This document shows, one piece after another, positions 24,866 through 32,393 of a stretch of DNA of 33,592 nucleotides. The notes below the pieces were generated by a model. That model had not been told where the DNA came from, ran no database searches, and saw only the letters and a list, made by a program, of their open reading frames with translations. The DNA comes from a virus (lineage: Duplodnaviria; Caudoviricetes). Location of the stretch: positions 1 to 33,592 of IMG/VR virus record IMGVR_UViG_3300043414_000779; one strand, written 5' to 3'. Position numbers and translations under genes: made by a program. How positions within the stretch are numbered: the first letter of the stretch is position 1; each line of letters begins with the position of its first letter.

Positions 24866-25306
24866 ATGCCGTCTTGCGCCGTGTGCCTTGGTCAGTTTGC
24901 CAAGGATGACTTAATAATCCACGGTCGCAAGGATTATTTCCTGTGTAGTGCGTGCAAGGCGGATGTGAACCGCCTTTCGCGTTTTGGGCTGTCCCCTACG
25001 GATTTTGAGCTTCTTTTGAAGCTTCAAGGGTATAATTGCGCTGTTTGTCAACAGCCTCTAAAGCTGAAACAGTACAAGTTTGCGGTGGATCATTGCCATG
25101 ATTCGGACGATGTCCGGGGGGTGTTGTGCAAGCGGTGCAACACAGCATTGGGTACATTTGACGATGATCCGGATCTGATGTTGCGTGCTGCGGAGTACTT
25201 AAACAATCCTCCTGCATTGGGGGTTGTTAGGCGGCATGACGGTCGAAAGAAGGTCACGTTTCTTCGAGAAGAGTACACCAGGAGGCACGGAAATGGAGAT
25301 CGTTGA
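24866..25306 (+). CDS. Endonuclease VII-family (His-Me finger) nuclease
   Basis: Q-x-x-x-CAVC...AVDHCH...VRGVLCKRCNTALG-x-x-x-DD...LRAAEYL, plus an extra N-terminal CxxC...CxxC. Confidence 0.88.
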   Translation: MPSCAVCLGQFAKDDLIIHGRKDYFLCSACKADVNRLSRFGLSPTDFELLLKLQGYNCAVCQQPLKLKQYKFAVDHCHDSDDVRGVLCKRCNTALGTFDDDPDLMLRAAEYLNNPPALGVVRRHDGRKKVTFLREEYTRRHGNGDR

Positions 25307-25454
25307 GCTGTTTTTGAAAGCGTGGCCCGTGTTGCTTGGTATTGTGACCTTGATTGTTGTGCTATCTAAGTTAGATCTTCGGGTTGCGGTGTTGGAAGAG
25401 AAGATGAAATCCGCATTTGAAATCATCAACAAGGCAAGGGATAAAAATGGCTGA
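25293..25454 (+). CDS. Small single-TM protein, putative holin/antiholin (53 aa)
   Basis: GGAGG RBS at 25281-25285, ATG 25293, TM segment WPVLLGIVTLIVVL followed by a short coiled coil, immediately upstream of the endolysin. Confidence 0.68.
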   Translation: MEIVELFLKAWPVLLGIVTLIVVLSKLDLRVAVLEEKMKSAFEIINKARDKNG

Positions 25455-25956
25455 CTTCAATCCTGCCTTTGAAAAAATGATCCATGACGAAGGTGGATAC
25501 CAACTAACTGACATTCCGGGTGACCGGGGAGGACAGACGTATGCAGGAATCGCAAGAAAGCCAAATCCAGACTGGAAAGGATGGCAGTTCATTGATCGCA
25601 GGGATTTCGGATCGGCTACTCCTTTGGTTCGTGAGTTTTACAAATCTAATTTCTGGGATCGTGTCCGAGGTGACGATCTTACGAACCAGGCTATTGCGGA
25701 AACCATCTTCAATTTCTCCGTCAACACCGGAGTCGGAGTCGCCGCCAAGCTCGCCCAACTCATCGTCGGCGTCACCCCAGACGGGGCAATCGGCGCAAAA
25801 ACCGTCGAACGCTTAAACATCTGTACGCCAGAAAAGTTCCTGCCAGCCTATGCGTTAGCAAAGATAAGCCGCTATGTGCAGATTTGTATGAAGGATCGTT
25901 CACAGTCTAAATTTTTGCTTGGGTGGTGCCGAAGAACATTGGAAGGACTCAAGTAA
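25447..25956 (+). CDS. Endolysin, glycoside hydrolase family 108 with peptidoglycan-binding domain
   Basis: Catalytic EGGY...PGDRGGQTYAGI, FY...FW, FNFSVNTG, DGAIGAKT and KFLLGW..R. Confidence 0.92.
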   Translation: MADFNPAFEKMIHDEGGYQLTDIPGDRGGQTYAGIARKPNPDWKGWQFIDRRDFGSATPLVREFYKSNFWDRVRGDDLTNQAIAETIFNFSVNTGVGVAAKLAQLIVGVTPDGAIGAKTVERLNICTPEKFLPAYALAKISRYVQICMKDRSQSKFLLGWCRRTLEGLK

Positions 25957-26393
25957 TGGATTTAATTGGGATAGGAAGCATCATTGAAGGTGTTGGCAAA
26001 GTTGCGGATTCGCTCATCACGACGGATCGGGAACGCCTCGAAATGGCGCTGGAAGAGCGTAAGCTCGACCTTGAGGAAAAGAGGATTGATCAGGCGACCG
26101 ACCTCGCCCAAGTGGATATCAACAAAATCGAAGCGGCGAGTTCTAGCGTATTTGTCAGTGGTTGGCGTCCTGCTGTGGGCTGGGTTGGGGTTGCAGGTTT
26201 GGCTTACCAATTTCTTGGCTACCCGCTGATGCAGTGGTGTTGGGCTTTTGGTCAAGGAGTGGATATAATTCCAAAAGGGTTAGCTCCTCCCCCAGATCTT
26301 CAGGTTGAACAACTTATGACGCTCCTTGCTGGTCTACTTGGTTTTGGCGGGATGCGTAGTTTTGAAAAGCACAAGGGCGTTGCGAGCAAGTAA
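25956..26393 (+). CDS. Holin of the 3TM (GTA holin-like) family
   Basis: N-x-x-EA...FVSGWRPAVGW...LLGFGGMRSFEK. TAATG coupling to the endolysin. Confidence 0.85.
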   Translation: MDLIGIGSIIEGVGKVADSLITTDRERLEMALEERKLDLEEKRIDQATDLAQVDINKIEAASSSVFVSGWRPAVGWVGVAGLAYQFLGYPLMQWCWAFGQGVDIIPKGLAPPPDLQVEQLMTLLAGLLGFGGMRSFEKHKGVASK

Positions 26394-28492
26394 TGCTTCA
26401 GAAGATTCTGTTCAAACCCGGAGTGAATCGCGAAAACACGCGATACACCAACGAAGGCGGCTGGTTTGAGTCGGACAAAGTTCGATTTCGCCAGGGGACG
26501 CCAGAGAAAATAGGTGGTTGGCAGCCCCTTTCCAGTAACACTTTTCTTGGAACTTGCCGTTCTCTCTGGAACTGGGTGACCTTGCTGGGCCAAAACTTAA
26601 TTGGCGTAGGTACAAACCTTAAATTTTATCTTCAAAATGGGGGAGCGTATTACGACATCACCCCTATTCGAAAAACAAGCACTTTAAACAATCCGTTTAC
26701 AACTGATACAGCCACAAACTCAGGTGGAACAACGGTTGTTACCGTCACTGATGTCGCAAACGGTGCAGTAAACAACGACTATGTGACTTTTTATGGTGCA
26801 TCAACATTTAATGGAATAACTGTTAGCGGTGAGTACCAGGTTACTTATATAAGTGTTAATTCCTACTCAATTGTTGTAACCGGGACTGCTTCAGCAAGCT
26901 CATCTGGGGGTGGAAGCCCTGTTTATGCGGTTTACCAGATCAATACTGGCCCCGCTTACGTTGTTCCTTTGTCCGGCTGGGGGTCGGGACCCTGGAGTTC
27001 TGGGACGTGGGGAGATTCAGCCACTTCTGGAAACTCTTTGCGCCTGTGGAACCAGATGAATTCCGGTCAAGACCTGATTTTTGGTCCCAAAGGCAAAGCT
27101 CTATATTACTGGACAGCCACAATTGGGTATCGGAATATTACGGTCGCCATTAGTAATGCCTCTCCAGCACTCGTTACGAGTAGTGTTTCACTTTTTGAAA
27201 CTTACCCGATTACATTTACAACAACAGGCACGCTGCCTTCCCCTTTAATCCCAGGTCAAACCTATTATGTACGGAACTTATCTGGGGTAACCTTTAACTT
27301 GTCCAGTACGCCGACGGGGGCGTTAATCAACACCACCACAAATGGCACTGGGATACAGGCCATTTCTCCGCGAGGGGTTTTGGTATCTTCCCTTCCTGGC
27401 GCGAACTATGTGCCTTTGTACCAAAACCTTTTTACCTTGTCCGACGCCAGTGGGTTTACTATCCTGTTTGGAACAAATAGTAGGGTTGATACGACATCTC
27501 CGCCTACATTAGATCCGTTGTTGATTCGGTGGTCTGACAAAGAGTCTTTTACGGAATGGGACCCAACCGCTACAACGCAGTCGGGGGAAACTAGACTATC
27601 TCACGGATCTAAAATAGTTTCATATGTCCAAACCAGGCAAGAGATTGTCGTTTTTACCGACTCTTCCTTATATTCCCTGCAGTTTTTAGGCCCTCCATAT
27701 ATTTGGGGCACTCAACTTCTGGGCGACAACATTTCTATTGTAGGGCCTAATTGCTCTGTTATTGCATCCGGGGTTGTCTATTGGATGGGTACGGACAAGT
27801 TTTATGCCTACAATGGACGGGTAGAAACGCTTAATTGCGACCTGCGAAAGTACGTTTTTAACGATATTGATTTGAATCAGGCTGAACAGATTTTTGCAGG
27901 AACAAACGAAGGGTTTAACGAAGTTTGGTGGTTTTATTGCTCTAAGGGCAGCTACACAATTAATAAGTACGTGGTCTACAACTACCTAGAAAACATCTGG
28001 TATTACGGAACCATGGCCCGTACAGCGTGGTTGGATAGCGGTCTGCAGAAGTTCCCAGTTGCTGCGGCTTATAGCCAGCGGCTCTTGAACCATGAATCGG
28101 GGGTCGATGACAACGTCGATGGAACTGCACTTCCAATAGATGCGTCAATTGCCTCGTGTGAGTTTGACATTGGGGATGGGGATAGCGTTGGTTTTATCTG
28201 GCGGATGCTGCCAGATATCTCTTTCCAGGGGTCGTCCGACAATCCTCCCGTTACGCCGCAGGTCGAAATGACGCTGTACCCGATGCAAAACTCGGGGTCT
28301 GGGACACAGAATTCGTCCACGCAATCGGTGCTTTCTGGGTCGACTTACGTGGTCCCTGAGACGTTTACCGGGCAGATTTACACCCGTGTTCGGGGTCGGC
28401 AGCTAATTTTCAAAGTGCGCTCGAATACGTTGGGAACCGCTTGGCAGTTGGGTGCGCCTCGGATTGACATTCGCCCGGATGGCCTGCGATGA
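26393..28492 (+). CDS. Tail/head-stabilisation protein (P22 gp10 / tail tubular B-like) with inserted beta modules
   Basis: 699 aa. KPGVNRE, VRFRQG-x-PEKIGGW, LLIRWSD-x-E, EVWWFY, YVVYNY...WYYG-x-x-ARTAW-x-D and RGRQ...W-x-LG-x-x-RID-x-x-PDG. Confidence 0.78.
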   Translation: MLQKILFKPGVNRENTRYTNEGGWFESDKVRFRQGTPEKIGGWQPLSSNTFLGTCRSLWNWVTLLGQNLIGVGTNLKFYLQNGGAYYDITPIRKTSTLNNPFTTDTATNSGGTTVVTVTDVANGAVNNDYVTFYGASTFNGITVSGEYQVTYISVNSYSIVVTGTASASSSGGGSPVYAVYQINTGPAYVVPLSGWGSGPWSSGTWGDSATSGNSLRLWNQMNSGQDLIFGPKGKALYYWTATIGYRNITVAISNASPALVTSSVSLFETYPITFTTTGTLPSPLIPGQTYYVRNLSGVTFNLSSTPTGALINTTTNGTGIQAISPRGVLVSSLPGANYVPLYQNLFTLSDASGFTILFGTNSRVDTTSPPTLDPLLIRWSDKESFTEWDPTATTQSGETRLSHGSKIVSYVQTRQEIVVFTDSSLYSLQFLGPPYIWGTQLLGDNISIVGPNCSVIASGVVYWMGTDKFYAYNGRVETLNCDLRKYVFNDIDLNQAEQIFAGTNEGFNEVWWFYCSKGSYTINKYVVYNYLENIWYYGTMARTAWLDSGLQKFPVAAAYSQRLLNHESGVDDNVDGTALPIDASIASCEFDIGDGDSVGFIWRMLPDISFQGSSDNPPVTPQVEMTLYPMQNSGSGTQNSSTQSVLSGSTYVVPETFTGQIYTRVRGRQLIFKVRSNTLGTAWQLGAPRIDIRPDGLR

Positions 28493-29871
28493 CGTTGATT
28501 GTCACTACGGATTTTGACCTTAATCGGGTTGCTCCGCCGAACCTGCCTAATGCTCCAAGGGGGTATGACCCGCAGTTCCAGGAGCAGTTTAATAACGTAT
28601 TGAGGCTGTATTTCAATCAGCTAAGTAACATTTTGGGGCAGCTTGTGGCAAGTACTTCTTCGTTGCCGATTACGTTTCCTCCGACTGCTTTAGATGCGTT
28701 TGGGCGGCAGAGGGTCAGTCAGCCGTACACGCTTTTCGATAGCCAAAGTCGCTATGCTGCGGACAATCAGTTTGACAGTTCTACAAGCGGTACGGGGTCA
28801 ACCACATTCAATACAGACCAATCCAGCGTTAGTCTGAGTGTGACTGCTGGGGGTGTTGGTTCGGTTGTTCGACAGACGTATAGAAACTTCCCGTATCAGC
28901 CGGGAAAGGGCTTGTTGGTCCTTGCTACGTTCCAAATGGATAACGGAACATCTGCCAATCTGAACCAAAAAGTTGGCTATTTCAACACTCAAAACGGGGT
29001 GTTTTTTCAGCGCACAGCAGGAGCTAATTCGTTTGTTTTGAGGTCTTACACCAGTGGTTCAGTGGACGACACCCGGACAATTGCCCAATCAAGCTGGAAT
29101 GGAGACAAGTTAGACGGAACCGGGGCGTCGGGATTGACGCTTGACCTCACTCACCCGCAAATTCTTTGGATGGACTTCGAGTGGCTGGGGGTTGGTTCAG
29201 TGCGTTGCGGGTTTGTTATCAACGGTCAGTACATCACATGCCACACGTTCAACAATGCAAACGTGTATGGCACTACCGTCTACATGACTACGGCTATTTT
29301 GCCGGTGCGATATGAGATCGTTTCAACTTCGGCGGTTGCGGCTACCCTGACACAAATTTGTTCTTCTGTAATGTCAGAAGGAGGCTTTGAAGCAACTTCG
29401 GTTGAGCATGTCGCTTCAATGACAAATCTTACTGCTTCTTCCTATTTAACAACTTCATATAAGCCTTTGATCTCCATAAGATTGGCCTCCGGAAGAACTG
29501 GGTCGGTTGTATTACCCACCACACTTAACTTTTTGCCTTCCACCGCAGATAACTTTCAAATTGCGTTTGTAAAAAACGCAACTCTTTCTACCCCATCTTG
29601 GTCTGCGGTGGCATCAGATTCCAGTGTCGAGTATGACATCAACTCTACTTCATATACCGGCGGAACTTTAGTTTATTCTGAGTTTGCTACTGGCAAAACG
29701 GGTCGGAGTATTTTATCGGTTGGCGCAGGGTACAACTGGGACATGCAATTAGGCGCATCTATTGCAGGGGTCAGCGATATTTTAACTTTGGTGGCAAGAA
29801 CTGTAACCACAGGCGGTGCCACCACAGGCGGTGGTATTGGGGCAATTTCCTTTTACGACTTAACCCAATAA
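28489..29871 (+). CDS. Virion structural protein: short tail-type N-terminus fused to a beta-sandwich domain
   Basis: N-terminal PNLP-x-AP-x-x-Y...NVLRLYF, then DAFGRQRVSQPYTLFDS, YQPGK, WNGDKLDGTG-x-SG and EWLGVGSVRCG. Confidence 0.75.
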   Translation: MTLIVTTDFDLNRVAPPNLPNAPRGYDPQFQEQFNNVLRLYFNQLSNILGQLVASTSSLPITFPPTALDAFGRQRVSQPYTLFDSQSRYAADNQFDSSTSGTGSTTFNTDQSSVSLSVTAGGVGSVVRQTYRNFPYQPGKGLLVLATFQMDNGTSANLNQKVGYFNTQNGVFFQRTAGANSFVLRSYTSGSVDDTRTIAQSSWNGDKLDGTGASGLTLDLTHPQILWMDFEWLGVGSVRCGFVINGQYITCHTFNNANVYGTTVYMTTAILPVRYEIVSTSAVAATLTQICSSVMSEGGFEATSVEHVASMTNLTASSYLTTSYKPLISIRLASGRTGSVVLPTTLNFLPSTADNFQIAFVKNATLSTPSWSAVASDSSVEYDINSTSYTGGTLVYSEFATGKTGRSILSVGAGYNWDMQLGASIAGVSDILTLVARTVTTGGATTGGGIGAISFYDLTQ

Positions 29872-29875
29872 AATC

Positions 29876-30025
29876 ATGGCTAAACCCGGACTTTACGCAA
29901 ACATTCACGCCAAGCAAGAGCGCATCAAGGCTGGCAGCAAGGAAAAGATGCGCAAGCCCGGTGCCCCTGGCGCGCCAACGGCCAAAGACTTCAAAGAGTC
30001 GGCCAAAACGGCGAAAAAGAAATGA
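29876..30025 (+). CDS. Small basic conserved phage protein (49 aa)
   Basis: Not in the ORF track. MAKPGLYANIHAKQERIKAGSKEKMRKPGAPGAPTAKDFKESAKTAKKK, with ATGA overlap into the next gene. Confidence 0.8.
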   Translation: MAKPGLYANIHAKQERIKAGSKEKMRKPGAPGAPTAKDFKESAKTAKKK

Positions 30026-30279
30026 AAAAGGGCGTATCCCTGGCCGTGGGCCGTGGTGAAAAACTCTCTGTAAAAGAGGGTGCGGGGCTTACAGCGAAGG
30101 GCAGAGCGAAGTACAATGCGGCTACAGGCAGCAATCTGAAGGCTCCTGCTCCAAATCCAAAGACTGACGCGGACAAGGGCAGAAAAGCCAGCTTTTGTGC
30201 CCGCATGTCAGGTGTAGTGAAACATGCCAAAGGCGATGCGGAACGCGCAAAAGCGTCCTTAAAACGGTGGAAATGCTGA
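30022..30279 (+). CDS. Small basic conserved phage protein (DUF6321-like)
   Basis: GLTAKGRAKYN-x-x-TGSNLKAP...RKASFCARM-x-G...RW-x-C. Confidence 0.78.
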   Translation: MKKGVSLAVGRGEKLSVKEGAGLTAKGRAKYNAATGSNLKAPAPNPKTDADKGRKASFCARMSGVVKHAKGDAERAKASLKRWKC

Positions 30280-32393
30280 TGAATCCTGAACTTGAAACCC
30301 AAGGTATTGGCCCGCTGCCCAAGGACCAAGGGGCAAAAATGCCTAAGATTCCTAGCCGGGATCTGTATGACGCCACGCTAGAGGCGATTGGCCAGGCAGC
30401 TCCGGAAGCGGTCAATCAGTATCGCGGGGCGATGCGATCCGCCATGGCGGACGTTGAGATCCCGCCGCAAGTGGTCGACATCCTGATTGCGATGTTTGAG
30501 TACTTGATGGATCACCAAGAGGAGTACCCGCAGATTGTATCGACGCTGGTTGAGCAGGGAATTGTTCCCCCGTCGATGTTGCCTGACCAGTTTGACCAGA
30601 CGTACATTGGTACTCGTCTGGCTGCTTTGCATGAGCTAAAGCAAGACACCGCGGAACGGGCAACGCCTATGGAAGGCATGCCCATGGCCCATGGCGGATT
30701 GGCCGATGTCACCAAGTATTTGCAGTCGCAGGGTCGCGGTGGCGACACGATGTTGGCGCACATTAATCCTGAAGAAGCTGCGCTTTTGAAGGCTTTTGGT
30801 GGGTCTGGAACCATTAATCCAAATACCGGGTTGCGGGAATACAAAAACGTCTTTGAAAGAGCGTTTGATGTAAATACATACAGTGGTGCTGTACGAAGCG
30901 TCTCAAACGCGCTTGCTAAGGTTGATGATGCGGTTCACAAGGTAGTTGCTAGCCCTATTGGTCGGCTGATTGCCACGATTGGCTTGACCATGATAGGCGT
31001 GCCACCGTGGTTGGCCAGTGCTGGGTTGACCGCGTATTCGGGTGGAAACCTGAAAGACGTGCTGATTTCAGGTGCCATGGGCTACCTGGGCAGTGGTGGC
31101 ACGGTCATGGGCGTAAGCCCGTTGACGGAGATCGCCAAGTTCATGCCTGGCGCAACGGGGTCATTGCTCAATAGTGGATTTTCGTCCGCAGCTTTGAGCA
31201 CGGGGGCAGGCCTGTTGCAAGGGCAATCCCTTGGTCAAGCGTTGCAATCAGGTGCCATGGCTGGCGCAACAACGGCAGGGTTGCAGGGCATGGGTCTGGC
31301 GGCTCCTAATAAGGATGCTGCGCCTTCTCAATATGAAACATTTAGTCAGGCCAGTCCGGCTGGTCCAAACCCTAATGTGTCCCAGTTTATGCAAGGGGTG
31401 CAAACTTCTGGACCAGTTTCCGAAGTTGGAGGAATTCCATCCGCGGACCAACTTGGAGTGGGTTTAGATCCCCAATTAAACTATTTACAAGCCGTTAATC
31501 TGGCAAAAGATTACGGTTTAGATCCTTCAGTTGCTGAAGCTTATCGAGGTGCTTCTGGTTCAGCCGCAGGCCCTGCGGAACCAGGGCCTTACACTTCTCC
31601 TGTCAGGGGAAGTGACACTTCCACCGCCTCTGCAAAAGGCTTCTATCTGGGGGACAACGAAGGCTTAAACCCAGCAACAGCAGGCGCCAAGCCAGGCGGG
31701 GCTGGTTCTGCAAAAGGTTTTTATTTGGGGGACAACGAAGGCTTAAACCCAGCAACAGCCGGAGCCGGAGCGAAAGCTGGAGCCACTGAGAGTTCGCTGA
31801 TCAGCCGGGCGCAGGACTTCTATAAAACCCCCTCTTTTGACAACTTTGGCAAGATCTTCAGCGATCCAAACGCCACAACGATGCTCGGCAAGTATGGCCC
31901 TGGTGCGGCGGCCGTTTTGGGCGCAACTGCCTTGGCGGGCGGTTTTAAATCTCAGCCTGCAGAAACAAAACCTGCTTTTGACTACAAGTACACTGGAAGA
32001 GATTACATCAAGGATCATCCTGAGTTATTCGGTGGCGATTTGAGGGCGGGGCAGTTCTCGTCGCGCATGCCGACTGGCGTTCCAACCGGGAATATGTATT
32101 TTGGTGGAATTCCAGCCCCTCAAGTAAATGCTCCAATGTTGCCCACGTATAACTCAGGTCCAGTCATGGGTCGAGCACGGGGCGGGAATGTTGATTTTCC
32201 ACGTAAAATTGGTCAAATTGATGGTCCGGGCACCGAGACATCTGATTCAATTCCAGCAATGTTGTCTGACGGTGAGTTCGTCTTTACAGCCAGAGCAGTA
32301 CGCAATGCGGGCGGCGGAAGCCGGCGTAAAGGCGCAGCAAAGATGTACAAACTCATGAAATCGCTGGAAAACGGCCCTCTTGGGAGCAAATAA
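30279..32393 (+). CDS. Putative internal virion (ejection) protein
   Basis: ATG 30279 (TGATG coupling). GRGGDTMLAHINPEEA...GSGTINPNTGLREY domain, Gly/Ala hydrophobic helices and C-terminal GPGTETSDSIPAMLSDGEFV. Confidence 0.75.
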   Translation: MNPELETQGIGPLPKDQGAKMPKIPSRDLYDATLEAIGQAAPEAVNQYRGAMRSAMADVEIPPQVVDILIAMFEYLMDHQEEYPQIVSTLVEQGIVPPSMLPDQFDQTYIGTRLAALHELKQDTAERATPMEGMPMAHGGLADVTKYLQSQGRGGDTMLAHINPEEAALLKAFGGSGTINPNTGLREYKNVFERAFDVNTYSGAVRSVSNALAKVDDAVHKVVASPIGRLIATIGLTMIGVPPWLASAGLTAYSGGNLKDVLISGAMGYLGSGGTVMGVSPLTEIAKFMPGATGSLLNSGFSSAALSTGAGLLQGQSLGQALQSGAMAGATTAGLQGMGLAAPNKDAAPSQYETFSQASPAGPNPNVSQFMQGVQTSGPVSEVGGIPSADQLGVGLDPQLNYLQAVNLAKDYGLDPSVAEAYRGASGSAAGPAEPGPYTSPVRGSDTSTASAKGFYLGDNEGLNPATAGAKPGGAGSAKGFYLGDNEGLNPATAGAGAKAGATESSLISRAQDFYKTPSFDNFGKIFSDPNATTMLGKYGPGAAAVLGATALAGGFKSQPAETKPAFDYKYTGRDYIKDHPELFGGDLRAGQFSSRMPTGVPTGNMYFGGIPAPQVNAPMLPTYNSGPVMGRARGGNVDFPRKIGQIDGPGTETSDSIPAMLSDGEFVFTARAVRNAGGGSRRKGAAKMYKLMKSLENGPLGSK
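31629..31766 (+). repeat. 60-bp in-frame direct repeat (SAKGFYLGDNEGLNPATAGA x2, period 78)
   Basis: Copies at 31629-31688 and 31707-31766 differ at five positions, all synonymous. Confidence 0.9.
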
